From contig NW_015174851.1 of NCBI RefSeq assembly GCF_001447785.1, positions 777,604 through 841,603 of the forward strand: a DNA stretch of 64,000 nt, in the 5' to 3' direction. The stretch comes from Gekko japonicus (lineage: Eukaryota). Shown here one piece after another: positions 25,079-37,642 of the stretch. Every line of letters begins with the position of its first letter. The first letter of the stretch is position 1. Made by a program: the position numbers and the translations under genes. The notes under the pieces are model-generated. The model was not told where the DNA came from. It saw nothing but the letters and a program-made list of their open reading frames with translations, and ran no database searches.

Positions 25079-25837
25079 ACATGATGTCATGTGATAAGTT
25101 GCAAACAATATTTCTAGTGGCTGAAGGAGAGATAAGTGTGATCTATTAAGCAGCAAAAATGAAATGGTAGCTCAGTGAAGGAGAGTTTGCACATGGATGT
25201 GGCCTGATTTTCAAAGGGGCTAAAACTGTTTTACTATTCTAAGTTTCTGTGGGAAAGTTCTGCCCTGATATCAGCATAACAGACCTTCCTGTTAGAGAGA
25301 TTCTGAAGAGCAGGAAGAATTATAGACTATCTAGCTAGAGATATGCTTATTTCTCAGAGGTCCTAGAGAGGCCTACAAGAAGGCAGAGCTGTGGTGGACG
25401 TGGAATATCTTGGAACAGCTTATTCCCACCACCACTATTAAAGCTATGCAGATCCTGGGATAATGTGCTTGTCAAATGTGCATATCAAAACTTGCACAGA
25501 GGCACTAACCAACTTTTAAACTTATTCTGCATTGGTAGTAGTTGCATCTTTGTACTGAAAACAATTGTCTCCCTCTCTCCAGTGCATATATTCCATGCTA
25601 TTATTGTGCTTTCCCCTATATTGTGCTTTCATGAATGTATCAGCCTCTTCCATATTAAAAAGAACAATCCTATCTCCCTCCCCAACTCCCTCTTAATTCC
25701 TTTCTGCCACAAAGACAACAGCTGTGAGTGAATCTGATAAGCCTGAAAACACCTTAACAATTAAGTTTAACTCTAGCTTTAAAACACCAGCATTCTCTTT
25801 ATTCTGAAGAATGGGAATACTTCCTGAGAAAGAGTTG

Positions 25838-25853
25838 TAGCGCCCTCTTGTGA
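25838..25853 (-). promoter_or_regulatory. CTCF-like motif
   Basis: Reverse complement is TCACAAGAGGGCGCTA, close to the CTCF core CCACNAGRGGGCGCTA. Confidence 0.4.
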
Positions 25854-26903
25854 AAAAATGTCTTCATTTACCAAACCTTCTCATTACCAACTCTTAATTT
25901 CCAGGAAATAAAGATTGGTTAGGGCTCAAATACCTTTTGAAACTCTCCCTTCAGATCTGTAAGCCTGAATCTCTAATCTGTGAGAAGGCTTGATAGGCAC
26001 TCATATATGCACTTGCTCATAGGGTACTTTTGTGCTTCATATACTGCAGCATTTAGTCCTGGCAATGAAAACAGATGCCAAAATCGTGGTCATGTTAAAA
26101 TTAAGATCCAAAATCTCACCCTTTTTACCCAGGACTATTTTATACAAGACAGTTTCTGACACAGATACTATTGCAAAATCACATGACAGGAGCTCACAGT
26201 TGATTGTGCCTACGCATTACATAAACACATAGCAAAACACACAGCAGTTGTCCTGTACAGAAGTGATATATGTGGGGGGACTCTTTATTTAAGGTGGTCC
26301 TAAGCAGTGTTACACCCTTCTAAGTCCACTGACTTCAATGGATTTAGAAGGGTATGACTCTGCTTTGAACTGTGCTATAAGATTTCAAACAAACATGTTA
26401 ATATTAATCAGGAAGTTATGTATTATTTTATAATCCAGTTGCAACAAGATGGGGGGGGGGAGGTAAAATGTCTTGTTTGAAAAGAAATTTTACTAACCTG
26501 CATTGGAATTTTGGATCCTGGAGGCAGGATATCTTAATGCAAAATTTACTTTCAGCTGTATTATTCCATTAAAAACAAAAAGCCACAAGCATTCTGTCCT
26601 TGCTGTACATCTAGGGCCCAGTTCTTCAAAAAGCCTTTATGTGGCTTTAGCCTTTAAAATAGTCTAAAATGATACAGAGTCAATTGGATAAATATATGCA
26701 TTCAGTTAGAGTCCCTCTTGAAGTAAATGAAACAACACCTTAATTGCTAAAATGTCACTATACGATATTATTCTGCTATAAATGTATAATGTGCTCCATA
26801 TCTAGCACAATAATTTAAAATTCAGTTTAAAAAGAACACCTAGTACATTTCAAGTAAAGACTATCTAGCATTATAGATATACAAACTCAGCAAGTTTGCA
26901 CAT

Positions 26904-26918
26904 CTGCCCTCTAGTGGA
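26904..26918 (-). promoter_or_regulatory. CTCF-like motif
   Basis: Reverse complement is TCCACTAGAGGGCAG, a strong match to the CTCF core. Confidence 0.55.
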
Positions 26919-26952
26919 AAAATGCTACTTTTACAGATACCATGTATTTTTG

Positions 26953-27111
26953 ACCAACAAAACTTTATTCAAGATATGAGCTTTCGTGTACACTGAGGAA
27001 GTGTGTGTGCACACAAAAGTGCATACCTTGAATAAACTTTTGTTGGTTTTAAAGTTTCCCCTGGACTTAAACTTTGTTCTACTGCTTCAGACCAACACGG
27101 CTGCTCACCTG
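26953..27111 (+). mobile_element. Penelope-like terminal relic with inverted arrangement and decayed hammerhead core
   Basis: accaacaaaactttattcaagatatg pairs with cataccttgaataaactttttgttggt; ctgagga-agtgtg..cacac-aaaag core; ends cagaccaacacggctgctcacctg. Confidence 0.7.
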
Positions 27112-27473
27112 GGTATATTTTTGTAGCAATTCAGGTTAGACTTGTGCATAGGAGTTTGTTTTGTTTCTTCATTTTTGTTATTAATTCCAAAAGGGGCTAT
27201 TCTGTTACTGGGTTGTTTTGCATAGCTTTGTTTCATTATTATTTCTTTCATTAGTGTTGTTTAATTTTCATAATTCCAATCTGTTATTATTTCCCATTGA
27301 AGCCCCCACTCCACCCTTTCTCAGGTTTGTACCTTCATGACATTCCATCCAAACTGGACAAAGTTCAGAGGGATTGTATTACTCCCCTAGGACACCTACA
27401 CTGGCAAATTTCAGACAGATAGAATAAAGCCGCCCTCCCTGTCTGAGGCATCTATGTTTAACATTATAGTATA

Positions 27474-29155
27474 CTAGGAATAACGCCCATTGTGAAAATA
27501 AATACAATGAACTTTAGAAAGACTCTCTGGGAAAGTGCCCCAGCCTTGGGCACTCAGTGTCAATTTGCTGTGGTGACCTCAGCAGGATATAATGACACAG
27601 AGTCCACCATTTTTTCTAGAGGAACTGATCTCTCCTACCTGAAGAGCAGTTGTAATTTTGAGTGATTTTCACGCCTCAACTGGAGTTGGCAACAATTGTT
27701 ACCCTGGAGGAAATGGCTGGTTTGGAGGGTGGAGTCTATGGCATTCTTCGAGGTAGGGCGGGATACAAATGTAAATATAAATAAATAAATAAATAAATTC
27801 TACCTGTCTGAGGTCCAACCATGCCTCAAACCCCACCCTCTCCCGGCTCCACCCCTCAAGTCTCCAGGAATTTCCCAACCTGGAGTTGGCAACCCCATCT
27901 TCTTCCAAGCTAACCATCAACCTAGCGTTATCTGCCTTTCTGACTTCAGCTGACTTCTGCCCTCCCTCCTGGAGAGCAGTTGTAATTCTGAGTGATCTCC
28001 AGCCCCCACCTGGAGATTGGCAACCATGGTTCCCCAGGACGGAATGGCTGGTTTGGATGGTGGAGTCTATGGCATTGTACCTGTCTGATGTCCTACCCCT
28101 CCTCAAACCTCACCCTCTCCAGGCTCCATCTCTCAAATCTCCAGGAATTTCCCACCTGGAGTTGGCAACCCTATCTCCTTCCCAGCCAATCATCAACCCA
28201 CCTTTATTTCCCCCTCACTCTTCAGCTTTCCATCTCCCCCCCACACCTGCGGCCTCTATCATGCTCTGATGCCCTGACTACTATGTCACATTGGCTGTCA
28301 TGGGGTGCCATCTCAGCAGAGTATAAGGACACAGAGTCCACCATTTTCTCCAGGGGAACTGATCTCTGCCATCTGGAGAGCAGTTGTAATTCTGAGTGAT
28401 CTCCAGCCCTCACCTGGAGATTGGACACATTTTACCTCCCCAAACTCTGGCTTCCTTAGACACAGAATCTCCCTACCTGGAGCTGACAAGCCTAGTCAGG
28501 ACTGGCCCCAATGAGTTTTCTCCAAAAGGCCAAAAGAGGTGTGGAAAGGGCCTTTTACTGACAGAACCAAGCTTGGTTTCCTAGCAACAGGCACTGAGGG
28601 GAAAGTGGGGTTCCCATTTCTGAGTAGGGAAATACCTGAAGATTTGAGGAGTGGATCCTGTGGAGGGCAGCGTTGTGGGGTAGGGCAGAAGGACTCAGCA
28701 AGAATTTCCCCACCTGGAGCTGGCAACCCTAGTCAGGACTGGCCCCAATGAGTTCTTCACAAAGGCATGGAAAGGATTTCGTTCCTTTGTCTTTTTACTG
28801 ACAGAAGCAAGCTTGTTTGCCTACCAACAGCCACTGAGGGAAAAATTAGTCCCACAGAGGAACCAAGCAGGTGAAATGTCTTCCTCAGGATAGAGAGCAT
28901 ATTCTGACAGGGAACAGTGGCTGGAGTGGGCAGGGAAGAGGAGCAGACCCAGCACCCAGCCAATGGCACATGAGTACTCTTGAGTGGCAGCTGATGGGCC
29001 AACAGCTGATGGAATGCACTGTGGGTGGGACTCAGGCAACACAGCCAGTGGATAGGAACAGCTTCTGAGTGACACACCAAGAAGCCAACTGATTTAGGAG
29101 CGTGTGGAATGTTCAGAAAGTGCCACCCCACTACTCAATTATATATAAGGAAAGA
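27474..29155 (-). mobile_element. Non-autonomous Helitron, copy A
   Basis: Minus strand starts A|TCtttccttatatataatt and ends CTAG|T, with a subterminal hairpin cattgt..acaatg (27488-27509). No TSD. The body is homologous to 44873-46642 in reverse orientation. Confidence 0.78.
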
Positions 29156-30109
29156 TGGGAGATTTGATGGTAAAGATTTCAAACAGGGAAACAGACAGCA
29201 CTGCAGCTATTTAAGCCTGAAGAATAGTAGCTTCATGAAGAGGTAGAAACAAGGGCATTTGGTGGCACTAGGTAAGTAAGGCATCAGGGGAGGGAAGGTA
29301 CCAGACAAGCAGGGGAATGGAAACTGCAAGGGAAAATTTGGCACAACAGGGCAGGCAATGGGAGGAGAGAAGAGGACAAAGTCCTTAAGGACTGGAATTG
29401 CTGAAATGTGTGTAATCCTAGGGGCTACAGTTTGCAGTGAATCAAGAAAGCCCAGAGCATGTCTTCCTCCCTGACCCTAAGTAATACTGGCTGTCTCTAA
29501 GTTCTGATTAGGAAAACGCTGCCTGACTTGTAAAAGTGAAGCCAATAGAGATAGAGATAGAGACTGTAATAACAAAAGGAACCAGAACAAACCAGAACAA
29601 AAACATGGTGGGTTTTTGGTTTTGGCTGTTTAGTTTCATTTTCACACTAGTTACAAAAATTGCAAAACACCCATGCTCTTAATGATTGTAATTATGAAAA
29701 ATTAATGTAAAAATTAATGAAAAATTTATTTAAAAATGTACAGGTCTAATTCAGATACTTGTTTTGTACATGTAGTTTGGGGCTTCCCTGTGGCTGACAG
29801 AAAATAGATGTGCATTAATGTTAGGGTTCTGCTCTGACTCTGATCAACTTGGAGCCTGCCGGGAACAAAGTGAAGCACCGAGCCAAGAGTGAGCATGTCA
29901 ACCCACCACCACAGGGGTGCCGGTAGGAAACCCCACCCCCATAAACTCTGTGGCCATAGTTAGGGTAATTTGTGTGACTAGCACCATATATAAGCCGCTC
30001 AGAGACCCCCTGAGAAAGGGGGTTTGAGCGGGATATAAAGTCTAAAGTTAAATAAAAATAAAATAAAATAAAAATATAACTGGCTCATATAGAACACTCT
30101 AGACTTTTG

Positions 30110-31686
30110 AAGAGAGGATGCAACCACTCTAGTCTCCTTTCACCATTAGATGTAATGATGATGCACTTTCAGTCTGGACACCAGGTCTATTACTCATTGG
30201 ACTCAATGGTGATAGATTTGCCCTTCAGATGCCAGGTCTCCCACCCACTGAACATACTGGGGTAAACTTGGTGTTCGATTTCAGACACCAAATCTACCAA
30301 TCATTGGAGTCAATGGTTGGTAGACCTGGCCTCTGGAGGACATTTCTATCCCCATTGAGTCCAATGAGTGATAGACCTGGTGTCCAAACTGGAGGTCTAT
30401 CAATAGGCCTGGTCTACCCCTATTTATTCCTATGAGAAGTAAACTTAGTATCTAGAGGCCAGGTCTATCCTCAGGTCTGTCCCCAACAAGCAGTAGGTCT
30501 GGAGTCCAAACTCAGGGGCCAGGCCTACTTCCACTGTTTTCAGTGGTTGATAGACCTGGGTGCAGGTCTGCCCTCTCATTGATTCCCCATTAAGCACTAG
30601 GCTGGATGCTGGGTGTATCATCATTCTATCTAATGGTGAAAAGGACCACCCACCCAACATTCACAAGAGGCCTAGAGTGGTTGTACCATTCCTCCAGCTA
30701 CCACCAACCTGGTACCAGTTTAAAGAGCTGTGTCAGCATTGATGGCCCAGCCTCAGATGCATGCTTTTACCCTCCCTCCTTCAGGCCCACAGCCAGGATT
30801 TTTTTTCATCGGGCGGCATTTAAATTTCTTAAGGGCAGTTAAGTCAATTAAAGCTACTTATATTAAATTTTATTTAATCGAGTTTAATTCAATCATGTTT
30901 GATTTAACACAAACAAATGGCCAGGGCAGCAGGCAAGCGAGCGTCTGGCTCTCTACCTGCCAGCCAGGTGCCACGGCAGCAGGTGAGAGAGTGGCCGCCA
31001 GCCTGCCAGGGTGGTAAGAAAGCAGGCAGGTAAGGAGGCTGCTGTGCTGCCTCTTTGCAGTGTGCTTGTGCCCATGGTGGGTGGGTCACATGGTTGGGCC
31101 ATCACATGACTCCTCCCCTGGTGCAGACGCACTCCCCTGGAACAGCACAGCAAACCTTCTTGCCCATCCTCTTGCTGCCCTGGCAGGTAGAGAGCTGGCA
31201 ACCATTCATTCACCTGTTGCCTTGGTGCCTCGCTGGCAGGTAGAGAGCCAGCTGCTCACTTGTCTGCTGCACTGGCTGGCAGAGAGAGAGCCAGCCACTT
31301 GCTTGCCCACCGGCCAGCCAGTATGACTTAATAAATATTTATTAAAAATGCTTTCTGCCATGGCGTTTTGTGGGGTTTGGCTTTTAATTAAGGAGGTGTG
31401 GTCCTGGAATGCCCCACCATAGCTATGGGCTCACCCTCCTTCCTCTCTCCCTCCTCCTGCTGCATGTTAGGGAGAATGGCTGCTGCTGTGGGGCTCCAGC
31501 TTGTTTTCTTCCCTTCCCTGCCAGCTGGTAAGTCTGGAGACTCCTACCGAAATTGAAGCAATCCTTAATTTCAGGAATTAATTTCAGGAATCCTGAGATT
31601 TACGAAGGCATTCTTTCGTTTCAGATATATCCGACCCAATTTCAGGCATTGCTTTGGTTCAGGACTATCTGAATGTACACCCCTAG
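30110..31686. mobile_element. Old DNA-transposon-like region with short direct and inverted subrepeats
   Basis: Repeated cattgagtccaatg/agacctgg units (30170-30600) and ctggctctctacctgcc/ggcaggtagagagccag units (30925-31320); ends gaatgtacacccctag. Confidence 0.4.
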
Positions 31687-32552
31687 TTCCTTCCATTTTT
31701 TTCCAGGGCTTGAAAACTCAGAGCTTTATTAAAGGAAGTTGGGGAAAGCCCAAGAAAAGAGGGGCTGAATGCTCTCTGAATAGTCAGATGCCACAGTATT
31801 TTTTTATTTCAATGATGGCTGAAGACAGATGTCCTTTGACTTATGAAAGTAAACTTGATGGCTGAGTGCTTATCAGAAGGGCAGCAAAATGGAGACAGCC
31901 ATAGGCAAGGAGGATTTCCTTGGTACAAAAAAAATTACTCTGAAAATTTAAAAAAGATGCCTGCATAATGGATTGAGTGACGTCTGAGCATCCTTACATG
32001 TTCCCCCCATTCCCCTTATTTAGACCAGTGTTTTTTGCACTCTTGCAAAGTCAGAGGCCATTTGATATTGCCAGAGTCTCTTGAACAAGGCATGTATTTC
32101 TCGGGGACTTTGAAGAGCAAGTGTCTTGGCGGCCATGAGAACTCCAGGGTAACATTAACCAAGGCTGGTTTGTGTGATCCTCCAAAAATTCCTCACACTC
32201 TGACAATGAGTAATGACCTGCGCTTGCAGGACAATGACCAACCCTCTCAGGATATCCTTCACCTTGCATACTTCTCTGGAAATCTAATCAAGAGCCTAGG
32301 AATGGCAATCCAGCCATCTCCTGACCATTGTAAACAGCTAGGAGTCATGCCTGCCATCCAAGTTAACTCAGACACTTGGGGTTATTGGGGGCTCTGCCTC
32401 CTTCCTTAAAGGTCCAGCCCCACAAGATTTCCTTCTGAAAATGTTTTTTTTTTAAATTATTTCAACAACATTTTTAAAGGCTGTAACTAACCTCACAAAA
32501 CTCACAAAACTCAGCTGGTGTGCATTGCTGTGAAGGGCTAGTTGTCTGTTAG

Positions 32553-32720
32553 TTGTTGTAGATTTCCCAGGCTGTATGGCCGTGGTCTTTGCATTGTGGT
32601 ACCTGAGGTTTTGCCAGCAGCTGTGATTGGCATCCTCAGAGGTATAACACAGAAAGAGGGACCACTCTCTGTGTCAATGTGAGAAGAAAAATGGTAGGCA
32701 GGTAGGCTAATTGTCTTTTT
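32553..32720 (-). mobile_element. Penelope-like element terminal fragment with decayed hammerhead core
   Basis: tgttgtagatttcccaggctgtatggccgtggtc..cctgaggttttgccagcagctgtgattggcatcctcagagg is a typical lizard Penelope terminus. Confidence 0.7.
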
Positions 32721-32967
32721 CTCCATACGGTTTGGAATGGTTCAGGGTACAGTATCCTACAGTGTTGCTATAGAATAGAAGATATACACAGTGCATCTAA
32801 AGCAACAATAAGTAGCTTCCGGTTCCTGGTCTTTAGCCCCAGCAGAAAAAAATGTGCCCCGCAGGCCACAAAATCCTGGCTATGGGACTGCATCTCCCAT
32901 TCCTCATTATGTCACCTTGGTGTATGTCTTACTAGAACCCACACAGTAGAAGCTCTGAATTATCTGG

Positions 32968-33017
32968 TCCATGGGGTCGCAAAGAGTCGGACTCGACTGT
33001 GCGACTAAACAACAAAA
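32968..33017 (+). mobile_element. BovB/RTE-type 3' tail (BovB or Sauria-SINE-like), severely 5'-truncated
   Basis: tccatggggtcgcaaagagtcggactcgact...aacaacaa matches the BovB 3' stem-loop and tail. Confidence 0.8.
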
Positions 33018-33162
33018 GTTCAGATTAGTACCTCCCACAAGTAAGGTCCCAGATCCTAAATTTCCACTGATCACTGTGCAACTCCAGTTTCACCAATGAG
33101 CAGTCATATCTTGAATTTTGGCTCAGTGCCATTAAGAATCATAATTTCACACCAATTTCAGA

Positions 33163-34766
33163 CATTCCTGAGGACTGGAAGGTAGCAAATGTCACTCCCA
33201 TCTTTAAAAAGGGTTCCAGAGGAGATCCGGGAAATTACAGGCCAGTCAGTCTGACGTTGATACCGGGTAAATTGGTGGAAACCATTATTAAGGAAAGAGT
33301 TAGTAGGCACATAGATGAACAAAACCTATTGAGGCAGACTCAACATGGGTTCTGTAAGGGAAGATCTTGTCTCACTAACCTGTTAATGTTCTTTGAGGGG
33401 GTGAACAAACATGTGGACAAGGGGGATCCAATAGATATTGTTTACCTTGACTTCCAGAAAGGTTTTGATAAAGTTCCTCATCAAAGGCTCCTAAGTAAGC
33501 TCAAAAATCATGGGATAAAAGGACAAGTCCTTTTATGGATCAAAAACTGGCTAATTAATAGAAAACAGAGAGTGAGTATAAATGGGCAGTTCTCTCAGTG
33601 GAGGGGGGTAAGCAGTGGGGTACCGCAGGGATCAGTACTTGGTCCACTGCTTTTTAACTTGTTCATTAATGATTTGGAGTTGGGAGTAAGCAGTGAAGTG
33701 GCTAAATTTGCGGATGATATGAAGTTGTTCCGGGTGGTGAAAACCAGTGAGGATTGTGAGGCACTCCAAAGGGATCTGTCAAAGATGGGCAAGTGGGCGT
33801 CAACATGGCAAATGGGGTTCAATGTGGCCAAGTGCAAGGTGATGCACATTGGAGCCAAAAATCCTAAATATAAATACACATTGATGGGGTCTGAACTGGC
33901 AGAGACTGAGCAAGAGAGAGATCTTGGAGTTGTAGTGGATAACTCACTGAAAATGTCGAGACAGTGTGTGACTGCAATAAAGAAGGCCAATGCTATGCTG
34001 GGGATTATTAGGAAGGGTATTGTAAACAGATCAGCCAATATCATAATGCCGCTATATAAATCAATGGTGCGACCTCATCTGGAATACTGTGTGCAATTCT
34101 GGTCACCACACCTTAAAAAGGATATTATAGCTTTGGAAAAAGTGCCGAAAAGGGCAACTCGAATGATAAAGGGGTTGGAACACGTTCCCTATGAGGAAAG
34201 GTTAAGGCGCTTAGGGCTCTTTAGCTTGGAGAAACGACGACTGAGGGGTGACATAATTGAGGTTTATAAGATTATGCATGGGAAATTGAGGTTTATAAGA
34301 TTATGCATGGGAAAGAGCAGGTAGAGAAAGAGGTACTTTTCTCCCTTTCTCACAATACAAGAACTCGTGGGCACACCATGAAATTGCTGAGCGGTCGGGT
34401 TAGAATGGATAAGAGGAAGTACTTCTTCACCCAAAGAATGATTAACACTTGGAATTCACTGCCACAGGAAGTGGTGGCGGCTACAAGCATGGACGGCTTC
34501 AAAAGGGAATTAGATAAGCATATGGAGCAGAGGTCCATCAGTGGCTATTAGCCACAAGGTATAGATAGGGACCCTGGGGCAAGTGATGCTCTGTCATCTT
34601 GGTGCTTTGGGGGGGTCAACAGTGGGAGGGCTTCTAATGTCCTGGCCCCACTTTTGGACCTCCTGATGGCACTGGTATTTCTGGCCACTGTGTGATACAG
34701 AGTGTTGGACTGGATGGGCCTTTGGCCTGATCCAACATTGGCATCTCTTATGTTCTTATGTTCTTA
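33163..34766 (+). mobile_element. CR1 LINE, 5'-truncated, with complete RT domain
   Basis: PEDWKVANVTPIFKKG..NYRPVSLT..YLDFQKGFDKV..GVPQGSVLGP..KFADD. A 29-bp tandem duplication (34255-34312) shifts the frame near the C-terminus. (ttcttatg)n tail. Confidence 0.97.
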
Positions 34767-35288
34767 ATAGTATTGCTCCCTAAATCAGTCCTTGTGTGCA
34801 GTTAGAGATGTCAGAGCATGCCTCACATGTGTACAGTCTACCCACAAGATCTGGGGCTAATTAGAATTGTTTCTGTCTGTTGTATCTATGACTCCCAATT
34901 TTGGGCACAGTAATTCCCCAAACAAGAATGGGGAAAAATCACTTTACCAGCAAATAACTTTACTGTCCTTATTAGAAAGAGTCTAGAAATAGAGAATTAA
35001 CAAAGATAATGGAGATAGTAGGCAGTTGTACCACAGAAACAAAATAAAAGCAATCAATTTAGTCAATCCTAGTTATGTTATTTAAGCCAAATCCCAAATT
35101 CAAGTTATATTTAGATCCAAATTATCTTCAACCCACTTAACTAGTCTGAAACAAACCAATGCAAAGAGAAGAGATAGGTGATGGGCTGTCCAAAATGAAA
35201 TCAGAAGGTGCCATGGGGGTAAATGGGAATGAGTTTAGGATAATGAAAAAGGAGCCCCTGCCAGGTTGCAGTGAGAAGGAGCTGGCTG

Positions 35289-35579
35289 CAGTGCCGGATT
35301 TACGCATAAGCTAAATATGCTACAGTTTAGGGCCTCGCAATCTTCTGGAGCCTTATTTGTCATTTTAAAACCCTTTAATTATGTAATTATTTCTGTGATT
35401 TTGTAAACACATCCTTTATTGTTTTTTTTTAATAAAAATTAAAAGACAATATATTTTCAAATATTAAAAAGGCATATATATTTTATTTTTTTCTGAGACC
35501 AACTGATGTAATTTAAAACAGTAGGGGGCCTCTGGGTTTTGTATAGCTTAGGGCCTCAGTAAGTCTAAATCTGGCCCTG
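35289..35579. mobile_element. hAT-type MITE
   Basis: TIRs cagtgccggattta / taaatctggccctg; perfect 8-bp TSD gctggctg. Confidence 0.85.
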
Positions 35580-35688
35580 GCTGGCTGTAGTAGGGTGAAT
35601 CAGTCTGCAAAGAGAAGTGGGAAAGCTAAGAGAGGGGGATGGGGAAAAGGACATAAAAAGCTAAACAGGGGAAGGAAAGCAGAACAGG

Positions 35689-35732
35689 NNNNNNNNNNNN
35701 NNNNNNNNNNNNNNNNNNNNNNNNNNNNNNNN
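35689..35732. other. Assembly gap (44 N)
   Basis: Run of N. Confidence 1.
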
Positions 35733-37642
35733 AGCACTGCAGCTTTTGTGGTGATTGGGAGATGATTTGGGATGGAACACAGAAGCTATCTACCAAGCAC
35801 AGAGGGCTTGGGGAGCCTCTTTTCTGCACCTGAATTTACTTGAGTGCCATGGTCTCATATTAGGGGTCTCTCCTGGCTGTAGTCCAGGAGTTTGGAGACT
35901 GGCCATCATTGGCGGGCTACAGGCTGGATCCCAGTTAATGCAGTTCTAAATCTTATTGGTGTGTACTAGGCAAGGATAGTATTTAACCTATCAAAAATAG
36001 GTATTGGGATATGTATGAAGAGTGCACTTGGGGTGGGTGCTAAGAGTGATATGAGTAAGTTGATGGTATCAAAGAGATTACCTAATGGTCTTTCCTGAAT
36101 TGACTACAATGTTCCAGGAACTGCATTTCTAAATGAAAACTAAATAGCTTTGATTATTTTTCTTGCAAAACCAATGCCATACTCTACGGTAAAGAAGGTA
36201 TGAGGGACTTCAGAAGAGAACCTTTGATAAATGCATCTCCGGAGTACCTGGACTGTTAGGCTGCTCCCATGTAGAGAATGCCTTTAATAAATCCTGTGCT
36301 CTGATCAAGGGCATGTGAACAGAGAAAATATGTGCTTCCACACTCTCTGACATCCTGCGTCCAAAAGTTCTTGGGGCATTGCATTCCCGTGCTTCTGATT
36401 TTTTAAAGTCCAGAGATCTTCTATATAGGATGCTGCCTCAAGCCTTTGGTTTTACATGGCCAAAGAATATTTTTGAGGGATGCACACACAACTGACTTTA
36501 ATGGGGTCCTTTTGGACTAGGTAACAGTACTACCTCCTCTGTTTGCACCCAGGGAAATCAAGGTGCATAAAAAGGCTTGGAAAACCTTCCATTTTGTGGT
36601 TTGCTTTGCTCCTGAACCTTCTTCCATCATCACTGACATGGAAATGACTGGATCTCCTTGCCAAGACAGACAGAATATGTTTTTCCTTTTCCTGTTTTGC
36701 TTCCTACTCTGAAATTGACCCTCCACATCTTTCTTCCTACTCCTGTATCTTAGCTTGTCCCTATCTGCTCCTAGATTACCCACCCTGTAGCAAACCAGTC
36801 TTTTCCCATAGAATACCTATGGTCTCCTTCCTTTCCTACCCTGAAAACCCTCCCCCACTCATCTACATCTTTTAGTGCCTTTTTGGGCAACTCCTGCACC
36901 TATCTCTTCTTTCCTCATTGGTTTCTCTGACTAGCCTGTGTGAGTGAAAACACAATTTGAGTCAAATGGAACATTCCTTGGCTTACTCGATTCAAGTAAT
37001 ATAACTGAACACTAGGACTGTGCAAAAGTGAATGCTTTTTATTGGATTACAATGAGTAAATTACTACAGTGTTGTTGCCACTGAAACTTCAGATTCTTTG
37101 ACTTGTTCTGCTACTGTATTGCATCCCCTTTTCCATTCTCTATCTTGGTTAGGTCAATAAACTTACTTTCTGATTTAAGTTTCTGTCCCCTAAGTCTTCT
37201 TTTCTTCCCTGGGAGACATTGCGTGAGACTGGGAATGGTGTATACACCAGATCCGGAATCCATGTTATAGTTCTACATGTGTTAGAGCACTCTCTGTATG
37301 TGCTTGCTCTGACACAGGGGCTGAGTTGGGTATTATTAAGAGTCATGGAATGCTGAGGGAAGCTGAGTATCTGTTAAAGAAAAGAGAAAATAAAAGGAAT
37401 ACAAGAGAGATGGGAAAATTACTTACACAAGCCCTTATTGTGGAAGGAAGGAGGGATTTCTTAGTCCCCAGCTGCTTGTTTCTAATTATATTTTAGAATG
37501 TGGAGAGCAATATGATTTCCCACAGCACACACACAAAAAGGCTGATTGATACAAAAGAAAAGTTTGACATGTGCTAAGCAAAACTCTCTCACTGAAAACA
37601 GTGGGACATAAACTGCTTCAGTTTTGTGGAAATGTGCTTTTT

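Noticed and set aside
27640-28740. Regularly recurring ctggagttggcaacc motifs resembling a CRISPR or satellite array
   Set aside because: Eukaryotic DNA; the intervening sequences are homologous MITE-derived blocks inside a Helitron, not unique spacers.
33257-34324. 355-aa RT ORF as an active or domesticated gene
   Set aside because: 5'-truncated CR1 without endonuclease or promoter; frameshifted by a 29-bp duplication.
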